DNA of 32,000 bases from Nitrosospira multiformis ATCC 25196 (GCF_000196355.1 NC_007614.1:1170001-1202000), one strand, 5' to 3'; positions 7,962 to 18,558 are shown, counted from the first letter of the stretch. Translations and numbers: made by a program. Notes: generated by a model from the letters alone, not told the origin.

Positions 7962-10793
7962 GTGATGACGACCATTCATATCGACAATCGTCCCTATCCT
8001 GCCAAAGAGGGTGAGAATTTATTGCAGGAGTGCCTGTCGCTGGGATTCAACCTGCCTTATTTCTGCTGGCACCCTGCGCTCGGCTCGGTAGGCGCATGCC
8101 GCCAGTGCGCAATCAAGCAGTTCAAGAACGAGGAAGACAAGCACGGCAAGATTGTCATGGCGTGCATGACTGCTGCGAAAGACGGAATCCGGATTTCCAT
8201 CGATGATCCCGAAGCGCAGGAATTTCGCGCGAGTGTGGCGGAATGGCTGATGGTGAATCACCCGCACGATTGCCCGGTGTGTGACGAGGGCGGCGAATGC
8301 CATCTGCAGGACATGACGGTCATGAATGGGCATGTCTACCGCCGCTACCATGGCCGCAAGCGCACCTTCCACAACCAGGACCTCGGGCCGCTGGTCAACC
8401 ACGAGATGAATCGCTGCATACAATGCTATCGCTGCACGCGGTTTTATCGTGAGTATGCCGGCGGTCGGGACCTGGATGCACTGGTGCTGCGCAACCAGGT
8501 CTACTTCGGCCGCCATCAGGATGGCGTTCTCGAAAACGAGTTCAGCGGCAACCTGGTGGAGGTTTGCCCTACCGGGGTTTTTACTGACAAGACACTGAAG
8601 CGGCACTATACGCGCAAGTGGGATTTGCAAACGGCGCCCTCGGTGTGTGTCCACTGCGGGCTGGGTTGCAACACCATTCCCGGCGAGCGTTACGGCATGT
8701 TGCGGCGCATCCGCAACCGCTTCAACGGTGCGGTAAACGGTTATTTCCTGTGTGACCGCGGGCGCTACGGTTACGAGTTTGTCAACAGCAGGCGCCGGAT
8801 CAGGCAACCCCTGTTGCGTAAAAACAGAACCCAACCCCTGCAACCTGCCAGCAAGCGCGATGCACTTCAGCATCTGGGCGAAATGCTATCCGGCAGGGCT
8901 CGGGCGATCGGCATCGGTTCACCGCGCGCGTCACTCGAAGCCAATTTTGCGTTGCGCGCCCTCGTTGGAGGCGAGCGGTTTTATCTCGGAATATCTGAAA
9001 GGGATTCCCGCCTGCTTGCCTCCGTTCTGGATATTTTAAAGAAAGGCCCTGCCCGCACTCCCTCGTTGCATGAAGTGGAGTTGGCGGATGCGGTGCTGGT
9101 ATTGGGTGAGGATGTGGCCAATACTGCCCCGCGGCTCGGGCTGGCCCTGCGGCAGTCGGTGCGCCGGCAACCGGAAAAGATGGCAAAAAAAACGGGTATC
9201 CCGCTCTGGAATGATCACGCGGTGCGTGAGGCGATGCAGGAAGAGCATGGGCCATTGTTTATTGCCACCCTGGCGAATACCCGGCTCGATGATATTGCCA
9301 CCCGCACCTTCCGGGGGCCTCCCGCTGAATTAGCCCGGCTGGGTCTCGCAATAGCGCATGCGCTCGATCCGATTGCGCCGCAAGTACCGGGCTTATCCGA
9401 CACGGCACAAACATTGGCAGATGCAATTGCCGAAAAGCTGAAGGCAGCAGAGCGTCCCCTGGTCATTTCCGGCATAGGTTGCGGGGACAAGGCCATCGTC
9501 GAGGCAGCGGCCAATGTGACATGGGCGCTTTGCAATCTGGGCCGCCCTGCCGAGCTCTGCTACGTAGTTCCCGAATGTAACAGTCTGGGTGCCACGATGC
9601 TCGGCGGCGGCAGTCTCGAAACCGCACTGGAAGCGATGAATGATGCTGCTGCGGATATTCTCGTCATTCTCGAAAATGATCTTTATCGGCGGGCGGATGC
9701 TGCCTTGGTTGATCGGCTTCTCGCGGTCGCGCGGCACATCGTGATGATCGATCACATCGAGCATGCGACCAGCGCGAAGGCTGATGTGGTGCTGCCGGCA
9801 GCGGCCTTTGCCGAAGCCGATGGCACCCTTGTGAATAACGAAGGGCGGGCACAGCGGTTCTTTCAGGTATTTGTGCCCAAGGAGGAGATCGAAGGTGACA
9901 TCAGGGGCGATACTGCACGCGATATTCCCGGCGATATCCAGGAAAGCTGGCGCTGGATACGGGACATCATGCTTGCAGACCCCGGGGATGAAGGGCAGTG
10001 GTCAAGCCTGGATGATGTCACGGCTGCCTGCGCCGCAGCGATTCCCTCCCTGGAACCCATTTTACGCGCCGCCCCCTCGGCGGCTTTCCGCATGGATGGA
10101 CAGAAGATTCCGCGGGAGTCCCATCGTTATAGCGGGCGCACTGCCATGAACGCCAATGTAAGCATCCACGAACCCGAACAACCGCAGGACCCCGATACAG
10201 CCCTGGCATTTTCGATGGAAGGCTATCCTGGTCATCCTCCGCCGTCGCTTATTCCCCGGTTTTGGGCACCCGGCTGGAATTCAATACAGGCGTTAAACAA
10301 ATTCCAGGACGAAGTGGGGGGGGCGCTTTCCGGGGGCGATCCAGGCGAGCGCCTGATCGAGCCAATGCCCCAAGCGGGGAAAAAAGCCGCTTATTTTGAA
10401 AATATGCCCGCCGGCTTCGAGCCGCGCGCGGACGAATGGCTCCTGTTGCCGTTGCATCACATCTTTGGTTCGGAGGAGTTGAGCATCCTCGCGCCCGGCA
10501 TCGCCGAGCTCGGTGCCCAGCCCTATCTCGCGCTCAACCCGGAGGATGCGGATGCTCTCGAATTGGCTGCCGGGGATGAGGTGCAGTTGCGTTTGAAGGC
10601 GCAGGGGGATGCGCAGGTGGATGTTACGCGAGAGGACTCGGCGAACACCGCCGCCACCGAAATTTTCCGGCTGCCGCTGCGCTTCAAGCCTGAGCTGTTG
10701 CCCGGTACTGCGGGACTCCCTGTCGGCCTGACAGGTATGGGTCATCTTGCGGGAGTCGTCTTGCCGGCATGGGGCGAACTCAAGAAGGTGTAA
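7962..10793 (+). CDS. nuoG: NADH-quinone oxidoreductase subunit G (large, molybdopterin-oxidoreductase-like)
   Basis: 943 aa. HDCPVCDEGGECHLQD, NRCIQCYRCTRF, C-x2-C-x3-C-x27-C at 8646-8753, and a C-terminal molybdopterin-binding-type domain. Confidence 0.96.
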   Translation: MMTTIHIDNRPYPAKEGENLLQECLSLGFNLPYFCWHPALGSVGACRQCAIKQFKNEEDKHGKIVMACMTAAKDGIRISIDDPEAQEFRASVAEWLMVNHPHDCPVCDEGGECHLQDMTVMNGHVYRRYHGRKRTFHNQDLGPLVNHEMNRCIQCYRCTRFYREYAGGRDLDALVLRNQVYFGRHQDGVLENEFSGNLVEVCPTGVFTDKTLKRHYTRKWDLQTAPSVCVHCGLGCNTIPGERYGMLRRIRNRFNGAVNGYFLCDRGRYGYEFVNSRRRIRQPLLRKNRTQPLQPASKRDALQHLGEMLSGRARAIGIGSPRASLEANFALRALVGGERFYLGISERDSRLLASVLDILKKGPARTPSLHEVELADAVLVLGEDVANTAPRLGLALRQSVRRQPEKMAKKTGIPLWNDHAVREAMQEEHGPLFIATLANTRLDDIATRTFRGPPAELARLGLAIAHALDPIAPQVPGLSDTAQTLADAIAEKLKAAERPLVISGIGCGDKAIVEAAANVTWALCNLGRPAELCYVVPECNSLGATMLGGGSLETALEAMNDAAADILVILENDLYRRADAALVDRLLAVARHIVMIDHIEHATSAKADVVLPAAAFAEADGTLVNNEGRAQRFFQVFVPKEEIEGDIRGDTARDIPGDIQESWRWIRDIMLADPGDEGQWSSLDDVTAACAAAIPSLEPILRAAPSAAFRMDGQKIPRESHRYSGRTAMNANVSIHEPEQPQDPDTALAFSMEGYPGHPPPSLIPRFWAPGWNSIQALNKFQDEVGGALSGGDPGERLIEPMPQAGKKAAYFENMPAGFEPRADEWLLLPLHHIFGSEELSILAPGIAELGAQPYLALNPEDADALELAAGDEVQLRLKAQGDAQVDVTREDSANTAATEIFRLPLRFKPELLPGTAGLPVGLTGMGHLAGVVLPAWGELKKV

Positions 10794-10883
10794 AGGGGAA
10801 AGGTGGGGAAGGGAAAGCAAATGGAAGGATAGATAGAGGAAAGAAGCCACGAATGGATTTAGCCATGAGTAGTGGAGTCAGCC

Positions 10884-11837
10884 ATGAATGAGTGGACCCC
10901 CATCTGGGTGAACCTGATTTTGATCCTGGCCGTCTTGTTTGCTTTCGCGGCGATGCTGTCCTGGATCGAGCGCCGCCTGCTCGGCTTGTGGCAGGATCGC
11001 TATGGGCCCAACCGAGTAGGGCCGTTCGGGGTTCTGCAAATTGTCGCCGATTCGATCAAGCTTCTTACCAAGGAGGACTGGATACCTCCCTTTGCAGATA
11101 GGGCGGTGTTCGTGCTGGCGCCGGCAATCGTTGCCGTCACCACGCTGCTTGCGTTTGCCGTCGTACCCATTGCGCCCGGCATCGGCGTGGTCGATCTGAA
11201 CATCGGAGTTTTGTTTTTTCTTGCCATGTCTTCGCTGGGCGTCTATAGCATCGTGCTGGGCGGATGGGCGTCCAACAGCAAATATCCGCTGCTCGGGGGA
11301 TTGCGCGCCGCCGCCCAGATGTTGAGCTACGAGGTCTTCATGGGCTTGGCGCTCATGGGTGTTGTCATGCTTGCAGGTTCATTCAACCTGCGCGATATCG
11401 TTGCCGCGCAGGAAAACCTCTGGTTCTGCATTCCCCAGATCCTGGGCTTGGCAACTTTTGCCGTTGCCGGCATTGCTGAGGCGCGCAGGCTGCCTTTCGA
11501 TCTGCCCGAGTCGGAGAACGAACTGGTCGCAGGCTTTCATACCGAATATTCCAGCATGAAGTTCGGGCTGTTTTTCATTGGCGAATACGTCGGGATCACC
11601 CTTATCTCAGCAATGATCGTCACATTATTCTTCGGGGGGTGGCTGGGACCCGTGCTGCCTCCACTCGCCTGGTTTCTGCTCAAGACTTTTATCGTCATCA
11701 TCTGCTTCGTCCTGCTGCGGGCGGCATTGCCACGCCCCCGTTACGATCAGCTGATGACCTACGGCTGGAAAGTCATGCTGCCAGTCACGCTGGTCAATTT
11801 GTTGCTCACCGGCGCAGTCGTATTGTCAGTGGCATAA
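10884..11837 (+). CDS. nuoH: NADH-quinone oxidoreductase subunit H
   Basis: [11 protein letters not shown]...[22 protein letters not shown]...[23 protein letters not shown]...[13 protein letters not shown]. Confidence 0.97.
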   Translation: MNEWTPIWVNLILILAVLFAFAAMLSWIERRLLGLWQDRYGPNRVGPFGVLQIVADSIKLLTKEDWIPPFADRAVFVLAPAIVAVTTLLAFAVVPIAPGIGVVDLNIGVLFFLAMSSLGVYSIVLGGWASNSKYPLLGGLRAAAQMLSYEVFMGLALMGVVMLAGSFNLRDIVAAQENLWFCIPQILGLATFAVAGIAEARRLPFDLPESENELVAGFHTEYSSMKFGLFFIGEYVGITLISAMIVTLFFGGWLGPVLPPLAWFLLKTFIVIICFVLLRAALPRPRYDQLMTYGWKVMLPVTLVNLLLTGAVVLSVA

Positions 11838-11864
11838 CTGCTCATATAGCTTCGGGAGAAGATT

Positions 11865-12380
11865 ATGTGGAATTCTCTGAAGACAATGTGGATCGTTTTT
11901 CTGCACATGTTCCGCCGCCGGGTAACCATTCAATACCCCGACGAAATGCCTAATATCCCGCCGCGCTGGCGCGGACGCATCATTCTGAGCCGCGATCCGG
12001 ATGGTGAGGAGCGCTGCGTCGCATGCTACCTCTGCGCGGCAGCCTGTCCAGTGGATTGCATCGCGCTTCAGGCCACCGAAGATGAACACGAACGCCGTTA
12101 CCCCGAGTTCTTTCGCATCAATTTTTCGCGCTGCATTTTTTGTGGATTTTGCGAAGAAGCCTGTCCTACCGACGCAATCCAGCTTACGCCGGACTTTGAA
12201 ATGGGCGAATACAACCGGAAAAACCTGGTGTATGAAAAAGAGGATCTGTTGATCGATGGTACCGGCAAATACCCCGGCTATAACTTCTATCGGGTGGCGG
12301 GAGTCGCAATCGGAGGAAAAAACAAGGGCGGGGCCGAGAATGAAGCTCCTCCGGTAGACCCGCATTCGCTGCTGCCTTGA
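11865..12380 (+). CDS. nuoI: NADH-quinone oxidoreductase subunit I
   Basis: Two 4Fe-4S motifs: [16 protein letters not shown] and [16 protein letters not shown]. Confidence 0.97.
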   Translation: MWNSLKTMWIVFLHMFRRRVTIQYPDEMPNIPPRWRGRIILSRDPDGEERCVACYLCAAACPVDCIALQATEDEHERRYPEFFRINFSRCIFCGFCEEACPTDAIQLTPDFEMGEYNRKNLVYEKEDLLIDGTGKYPGYNFYRVAGVAIGGKNKGGAENEAPPVDPHSLLP

Positions 12381-12414
12381 TCCGTACCTTTGATTACTGA
12401 TTCAGGAGGAGGTT

Positions 12415-12981
12415 ATGGAAGCGACATTCTATTTGTCCGGGGCGGTTGCGGTCGCAGCCACCCTGATGGTCGTTACGCGGGCGAGCGCCGTACATGCATT
12501 GCTCTACCTGATCGTGTCCCTGCTTGCCGTGGCGATCATCTTTTTTGTGCTGGGGGCTCCGTTTGCCGCCGCATTGGAGGTCATCATTTACGCAGGCGCT
12601 GTCATGGTGCTGTTCGTGTTCGTGATCATGATGCTCAACCTCGGCAAAGCCGCTGCGGTCAAGGAACGGGAATGGTTGAGCCCCGGCATGTGGGTGGGGC
12701 CCTCCATACTGTCGGCATTGCTCCTGGCAGAACTGATTTATATCCTTGTCCAGAATATACAGGATGTGCAGGGCGTATATGATGGCACTGCGATCTCCAC
12801 CAGGGCGGTGGTCGATTCGAAAGAAATTGGCATCGCGCTCTTCGGGCCTTATCTCCTCGGTGTCGAGCTGGCATCGCTCCTGCTGCTGGCGGGATTGGTC
12901 GGCGCCTGTCATCTCGGCTGGCACACCGGGATGCGGTCCGGTACGCATTCGGCATCCCGTTCGGACGGAGTGCGGTCATGA
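12415..12981 (+). CDS. nuoJ: NADH-quinone oxidoreductase subunit J
   Basis: Membrane protein with [48 protein letters not shown]. Strong AGGAGGAGG ribosome-binding site. Confidence 0.96.
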   Translation: MEATFYLSGAVAVAATLMVVTRASAVHALLYLIVSLLAVAIIFFVLGAPFAAALEVIIYAGAVMVLFVFVIMMLNLGKAAAVKEREWLSPGMWVGPSILSALLLAELIYILVQNIQDVQGVYDGTAISTRAVVDSKEIGIALFGPYLLGVELASLLLLAGLVGACHLGWHTGMRSGTHSASRSDGVRS

Positions 12982-13325
12982 TTACGTCTGAGACTGCATC
13001 CGTCGCTACCGCGACCGTGGCCGCCATTCCCATGCATCATGGCCTGCTGCTGGCTGCAATCCTCTTCGCGCTGGGAATGATCGGCATTCTTGTACGGCGC
13101 AACCTGATTTTTATCCTGATGTCGATCGAGATCATGCTGAATGCCGCTGGGCTTGCCTTCGTGGTGGCCGGTTCACACTGGACGCAGGCCGACGGGCAGG
13201 TGATGTTCATCTTTATCCTGTCAGTGGCGGCGGCCGAAGTCTCTGTTGGCCTGGCATTGCTGCTGCTGTTGCACCGCCGCTTCCAGACACTGGACGCCGA
13301 TGCGGTAAGCAAGATGCGGGGATGA
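12978..13325 (+). CDS. nuoK: NADH-quinone oxidoreductase subunit K
   Basis: 115 aa, start overlaps nuoJ end. [30 protein letters not shown]...[15 protein letters not shown]. Confidence 0.93.
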   Translation: MITSETASVATATVAAIPMHHGLLLAAILFALGMIGILVRRNLIFILMSIEIMLNAAGLAFVVAGSHWTQADGQVMFIFILSVAAAEVSVGLALLLLLHRRFQTLDADAVSKMRG

Positions 13326-13385
13326 TCCTAAGCCCGGCGGTTGGACAGGGAGGGAGTATGTTTTTTTGGGATTGCAGGGCAAGGC

Positions 13386-13424
13386 GCAACGACGCGGAAT
13401 GGCTATTCCATTCCAAGGAGTTGC
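13386..13424. repeat. Imperfect palindromic element in nuoK-nuoL gap: GCAAC-gacgc-GGAATGG-ctatt-CCATTCC-aagga-GTTGC
   Basis: Nested complementary arms of 7 bp and 5 bp separated by a symmetric 5-nt internal loop, read directly. Confidence 0.7.
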
Positions 13425-13565
13425 AACGCAGCCATGTACCGCAAAAAAGCATAATCTGCCCTGGAGCAAACTCACCAAAAAAGGTAAAGATCAAGTGTCG
13501 TAAAAAAATTTTGTAATCAGGGTGGTAACTGAAAATGAGCGATCAACTGCCAGGTTTAGGATAAT

Positions 13566-15554
13566 ATGCTGTCCCTGCTCTGGCTCATCCCCACGCTGCC
13601 TCTAGCCGGTTTCCTGCTGCTGGTGCTGGGTGGAAACCATCTGGGGCACCGCAGTATTGCGATGATTGGGACAGGATCGGTGGCGCTCTCGGCACTCGTT
13701 GCCATCCTGATCGGGATCGATTTCATCACTGCGCCGCCACCGGGTTTTGTTTTCCGGCAGGAAGCATGGACCTGGATCGCTGTGGCCGGTTTCTCGCCAG
13801 GGATTGTTTTTTATCTTGACGCGTTATCGCTGGTGATGGTCGTGGTCGTGACTGTCATCAGTTTCCTGATACACCTCTATTCCACAGAGTTCATGAGCGG
13901 CGATGAGGGCTATGCCCGCTTTTTCGCCTATATGAATCTCTTCGTCGGCTCGATGTGCATCCTGGTTCTTGCCGACAACCTGCTGTTTCTTTACCTGGGC
14001 TGGGAAGGAGTGGGACTTTGCAGCTACCTGCTGATCGGATTCTGGTATCGCGATCCTGCCAACGGGCGCGCGGCACGCAAAGCATTTATCGTGACCCGGG
14101 TCGGCGATACCGCCATGGCGATCGGCTTTTTTCTGCTGTTCACTCATCTGGGAACCCTTGATATCCAGCCGTTGATGCAGCGGGCGACGCAGGAGTGGCC
14201 GGTGGGGTCGGAACTCGCTATTCTCGCTGCAGCGCTTCTGCTTGGCGGTGCGGCAGGCAAATCTGCCCAACTCCCGCTACAGACGTGGCTGCCGGACGCA
14301 ATGGCCGGCCCCACGCCGGTGAGCGCGCTGATGCATGCGGCGACCATGGTAACGGCAGGCGTATATCTGATTGCCCGCACGCACGCGCTCTTTGTGCTTG
14401 CGCCGGCAGTGCAGTTCGCGGTAGCAGCGGTCGGCGCGCTTACCCTGCTGCTGGCCGGGTTCAGCGCGCTCGCACAAAACGACATCAAGCGGGTACTGGC
14501 CTATTCGACCATCAGCCAGCTAGGTTATATGTTCCTTGCCCTGGGAGTAGGGGCTTGGTCAGCCGCCATCTTTCACCTCGTGACGCACGCTTTCTTCAAG
14601 GCTCTGCTGTTCCTGAGCGCGGGCGTGGTCATCATGAGCCTGCACGAGGAACATGATATTTTCCGGATGGGTGCATTGAGGAAAAAACTCCCCGTCACTT
14701 TCTGGACCTTTCTGATTGGCAGCGCCTCGCTTGCGGCACTGCCGCTCGTTACCGCGGGCTTCTATAGCAAGGATCTGATTCTTTGGCAGGCCTGGTCGTC
14801 GAGAGGAGGGAATCCATGGTTATGGGCCGCGGGATGGGGAGGTGCAATATTGACGGGCCTCTACATCTTTCGCGTAGTGTTTCTCGTCTTTTTTGGCGAA
14901 GCGAGGACTGTGGCGCCCCCCGAAATCCGCCGGCCAGGGCGGCGCATAACTGTACCGCTCATCGTTCTTGCAGCCTTTTCTGTGGTTGGCGGATGGATCG
15001 AAACTCCATCTTTTCTCGGAAATTTAACGCTGTTTTCCGATTTCATTCAGCATGCCCTGCCGCCGACTCAGGTTGTTCATGACAGTAAAAATGACGAAAT
15101 CGTTCTGGAACTGCTCGCAATTGCTGCCTCTCTTGGCAGCATTGCGCTGGCGTACCTGCTGTTTTTGAGATATCCCGCCTTTCTCCATGGACTGATGCTG
15201 GTCCCGGCATTAGCAAGCATCCGGAAGCTCTGGCATTTTGGCTGGGGTTTCGACAGTTTTTATGAGTTCCTGTTCGTCCGGCCCTATCTCTGGCTTGCCC
15301 ACGCCGATCAGCGTGACGTGATCGACGATCTCTACCGCATGTCCTTTTCATGCACACTCAGGTGTCTCCAGAAGATCAATCGGCACGACCTGATCGACAA
15401 TCTCTACAGCGGCCTGGCTGGGCTTTGTCTGTTTTTCCATCGCACCTTGAGTGCAACGCAAAGCGGACAGGTACGCCGCTACGCGGCAGCGATTGCCGCC
15501 GGATCGATCGGCATTATATTCGTGGGGGTATTCGCATGGTCCTCGCTGCATTGA
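13566..15554 (+). CDS. nuoL: NADH-quinone oxidoreductase subunit L
   Basis: 662 aa. FRQEAWTWIAVAGFSPGIVFYLDALSLVMV, YLGWEGVGLCSYLLIGFW, KSAQLPLQTWLPDAMAGPTPVSALMHAATMVTAG. Confidence 0.97.
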   Translation: MLSLLWLIPTLPLAGFLLLVLGGNHLGHRSIAMIGTGSVALSALVAILIGIDFITAPPPGFVFRQEAWTWIAVAGFSPGIVFYLDALSLVMVVVVTVISFLIHLYSTEFMSGDEGYARFFAYMNLFVGSMCILVLADNLLFLYLGWEGVGLCSYLLIGFWYRDPANGRAARKAFIVTRVGDTAMAIGFFLLFTHLGTLDIQPLMQRATQEWPVGSELAILAAALLLGGAAGKSAQLPLQTWLPDAMAGPTPVSALMHAATMVTAGVYLIARTHALFVLAPAVQFAVAAVGALTLLLAGFSALAQNDIKRVLAYSTISQLGYMFLALGVGAWSAAIFHLVTHAFFKALLFLSAGVVIMSLHEEHDIFRMGALRKKLPVTFWTFLIGSASLAALPLVTAGFYSKDLILWQAWSSRGGNPWLWAAGWGGAILTGLYIFRVVFLVFFGEARTVAPPEIRRPGRRITVPLIVLAAFSVVGGWIETPSFLGNLTLFSDFIQHALPPTQVVHDSKNDEIVLELLAIAASLGSIALAYLLFLRYPAFLHGLMLVPALASIRKLWHFGWGFDSFYEFLFVRPYLWLAHADQRDVIDDLYRMSFSCTLRCLQKINRHDLIDNLYSGLAGLCLFFHRTLSATQSGQVRRYAAAIAAGSIGIIFVGVFAWSSLH

Positions 15555-17038
15555 TTTTCATCCCAATATCGGGCGGTTTGCTCGCATGGATGGCGGACCG
15601 GTGGCAGCCGGGTGCGGCAAAGTGGGTCGCCTTGGTCACGGCGGGTATCGAGTTCGTATTGACGATGGGACTTTGGCTGCAGTCTGCCAGCGCTATGGCT
15701 CTTCCCGCTCACGGGGGGTGGCTTGTCGAGACCCGGGCGGAATGGATTCCGCGTTTCGGAGTGAGCTTTCATCTGGCCGTGGATGGAACAAGCCTCATCC
15801 TGGTCGTGCTGACCGCTTTTCTGGGGATAGTATCGGTGGCATGTTCCTGGACGGAAATCCAGAAGCGTGTCGGATTCTTTTACTTCAACCTGCTATGGAC
15901 TGTGGCAGGGGCGATCGGTGTATTCCTTGCGCTGGACCTGTTTCTGTTTTTCTTCTTTTGGGAGCTGATGCTGGTGCCGATGTATTTCCTGATCGGGATC
16001 TGGGGCCATGAGAATCGGCAGTATGCATCGATCAAGTTCTTCATTTTCGCGCAGGGGAGCGGCATGTTCATGCTGGTGGCAATTCTTGCGCTGGTATTCG
16101 TTCATTACCGCGGTACTGGAGTCCTGACATTCGATTATTTCGATCTGCTGAATGCCACCCTCTCTCCCTCCACCGAGTTGTGGATCATGCTCGGCTTTTT
16201 CATTGCGTTCGCAGTCAAGACCCCCATCGTGCCATTTCACACCTGGCTGCCGGATGCACATACCGAGGCGCCGACAGCAGGAAGCGTGATTCTTGCAGGA
16301 GTGCTGCTGAAAACAGGAGCCTACGGACTATTGCGTTTTATTGTTCCGCTATTTCCCGAGGCCGCGGCGTATTTTGCTCCGGTGGCGATGGTGCTGGGAG
16401 CAACCGGGGTTCTCTATGGCGCTTTCCTGGCGTTCGCCCAGACGGATTTCAAGCGCCTCGTGGCCTACACCAGCGTGAGTCACCTGGGGTTTGCAGTGCT
16501 CGGGATATTCGCCTGGAATCCCTGGTCGCTTGGGGGAGCCGTGATGCAGATGATCGCGCACGGCATCAGTACGGGGGCACTGTTTGTAATCGCTGGCATT
16601 TTGCAGGAGCGGACCCACACACGCGATATGCAGCGCTTTGAAGGCCTGTGGAGCGTCATGCCGCGCCTGGCGGCAATGGGATTGTTTTTTGCCATTGCCG
16701 CGCTTGGGCTGCCGGGAATGGGAAACTTCGTCGGGGAATTCCTGGTACTGATGGGATTATCCAGCAGCAGCAGCGTGCTGGCGTCCGCGGCGACCGTGGT
16801 ATTTGTCGCCAGTGTCGTATATGCGCTTGCGCTGGTGCAGAAAACTTTTCATGGCGAGAACAAGCATGGTTGGCAACTACATGATCTGTCAGGCCGTGAA
16901 ATGGCAACCCTGTTCTCAATGGCAGCCATTACCCTATGGCTGGGCCTGTATCCCCAGCCGGTCCTGAATGCCGCGCCAAACCCCGCAAACAGTCCGCCTG
17001 CGATTGCTGTTGCCCACCATGAGGTCAATGTGGAATGA
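15536..17038 (+). CDS. nuoM: NADH-quinone oxidoreductase subunit M
   Basis: Likely start MVLAALIFIPISGG at 15536. FFWELMLVPMYFLIGIWG, FAVKTPIVPFHTWLPDAHTEAPTAGSVILAGVLLKTGAYG. Confidence 0.97.
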   Translation: MVLAALIFIPISGGLLAWMADRWQPGAAKWVALVTAGIEFVLTMGLWLQSASAMALPAHGGWLVETRAEWIPRFGVSFHLAVDGTSLILVVLTAFLGIVSVACSWTEIQKRVGFFYFNLLWTVAGAIGVFLALDLFLFFFFWELMLVPMYFLIGIWGHENRQYASIKFFIFAQGSGMFMLVAILALVFVHYRGTGVLTFDYFDLLNATLSPSTELWIMLGFFIAFAVKTPIVPFHTWLPDAHTEAPTAGSVILAGVLLKTGAYGLLRFIVPLFPEAAAYFAPVAMVLGATGVLYGAFLAFAQTDFKRLVAYTSVSHLGFAVLGIFAWNPWSLGGAVMQMIAHGISTGALFVIAGILQERTHTRDMQRFEGLWSVMPRLAAMGLFFAIAALGLPGMGNFVGEFLVLMGLSSSSSVLASAATVVFVASVVYALALVQKTFHGENKHGWQLHDLSGREMATLFSMAAITLWLGLYPQPVLNAAPNPANSPPAIAVAHHEVNVE

Positions 17039-18558
17039 ATCCGATGCCCTCTGCACTACCCTCCGATTTTCTGCACGTGGACCTCGTGACCCTGTCGCCG
17101 CTCATTCTCCTTGCCGCAGCAGCGGTAGTGGTGATGCTGACCGCAGCCTTTTACCGTCATCCCCGACCGGTCATGATATTGACGCTCGCCGGACTGGTTC
17201 TGTCATTTATGGCATTGTTCCTGTCCCAAGGCACGGCGTCTTCTCAGGTCACAACTCTGCTGATACTGGATCAGTATGCATTGTTTTTTATCGGACTCAT
17301 CGTTGTCGCGACCTTTGTCGTCGCGATATTGTGTTACCGCTACTTCGGCGGAGGCGAAAGCCGGCATGAAGCGCTTTACATCCTGTTACTGCTGGCTGCC
17401 CTTGGTGGAGGGGTTCTCGTGGCAAGCAGCCATTTTGCCTCGTTTCTCCTGGGTCTGGAACTGCTCAGCATTTCGCTGTTTGCATTGATCGCCTATCCAC
17501 GGTTCACAGAGCATCCCCTCGAAGCAGGAATCAAGTACCTGATCCTCGCCGGATTCTCATCCGGGTTGCTCCTGTTCGGAATGGCGCTGGTTTATGCGCA
17601 GCTCGGGACGATGCAGTTTGTGAAAATCGGGACAATGCTTGCTGCGCCCGGCGCGGCGCTGGAACTCTATGGGTTGGCGGGGCTTGCGCTGATTGTAACC
17701 GGTGTCGGATTCAAACTGGCGCTGGTGCCCTTCCACATGTGGACTCCGGATGTATATGAAGGTGCGCCTGTGCCGATTACCGCGTTCATCGCCACTGCTT
17801 CAAAGGGCGCCATGCTTGTCCTGCTGCTGCGCTATTTCCTCATGGCAGGGGCGCACCAGTCGCATTCGATCACATTCGCATTGAGCCTGATTGCCGTCGC
17901 GACGATCCTGGTTGGCAATCTGCTCGCACTGTTACAGAATAACATCAAGCGGATTCTTGCCTATTCCTCGATTGCACAGCTTGGCTATCTGCTGGTCGGG
18001 TTTCTGGCCTTTGACCAGCTGGCAATCGAGGCGGTAGCTTATTTTCTGACAGCCTATTTCGTCACCATGCTGGGCGCCTTCGGTGTGGTAACGGTATTGT
18101 CCGAGGGGTTCAATGGCGGATCCGCTGGGGAATTCCATGATGCAGGGGAAAAGGATAGTGACAGGCTGGCAGATTATGCGGGTCTGTTCTGGCACAGACC
18201 GTGGCTGGCGGGAGTGTTTACCGCCATGCTGCTGTCGTTGGCCGGAATTCCCCTGACAATGGGTTTTATCGGGAAGTTCTATATAGTGACGGCCGGGGTG
18301 GAAGCCTCGTTATGGATGCCCGTGATTACCCTGGTTATCGGCAGCATCATCGGGCTGTTCTATTATATGCGCATTATCGCTGTGATGTATGGGTGGGGCC
18401 CTGAGGCAGCCGGTGAAGCAATCATGCTGCGCGCTGCTTCGCCCTCCTTTGCGGAAAGCGCGACGCTGGCAGCGCTGGCGTTATTGCTTATATGGCTTGG
18501 CATCTTTCCGGCTCAGCTTATCGGTGTGCTTGAAGGAGCGGGAGGAGGCTTGACCTGA
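17035..18558 (+). CDS. nuoN: NADH-quinone oxidoreductase subunit N
   Basis: 507 aa, ATGA overlap with nuoM stop. VGFKLALVPFHMWTPDVYEGAPVPITAFIATASKGAM, NNIKRILAYSSIAQLGYLLVG. Confidence 0.97.
   Translation: MNPMPSALPSDFLHVDLVTLSPLILLAAAAVVVMLTAAFYRHPRPVMILTLAGLVLSFMALFLSQGTASSQVTTLLILDQYALFFIGLIVVATFVVAILCYRYFGGGESRHEALYILLLLAALGGGVLVASSHFASFLLGLELLSISLFALIAYPRFTEHPLEAGIKYLILAGFSSGLLLFGMALVYAQLGTMQFVKIGTMLAAPGAALELYGLAGLALIVTGVGFKLALVPFHMWTPDVYEGAPVPITAFIATASKGAMLVLLLRYFLMAGAHQSHSITFALSLIAVATILVGNLLALLQNNIKRILAYSSIAQLGYLLVGFLAFDQLAIEAVAYFLTAYFVTMLGAFGVVTVLSEGFNGGSAGEFHDAGEKDSDRLADYAGLFWHRPWLAGVFTAMLLSLAGIPLTMGFIGKFYIVTAGVEASLWMPVITLVIGSIIGLFYYMRIIAVMYGWGPEAAGEAIMLRAASPSFAESATLAALALLLIWLGIFPAQLIGVLEGAGGGLT

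Noticed and set aside
8019-8873. 284-aa minus-strand ORF antisense to nuoG
   Set aside because: Overlaps the conserved Fe-S region of nuoG. No recognisable protein features.
13213-13516. Minus- and plus-strand small ORFs crossing the nuoK-nuoL gap
   Set aside because: Unrecognisable translations that cross the nuoK end and palindromic element. Treated as non-coding, although the element itself is reported.
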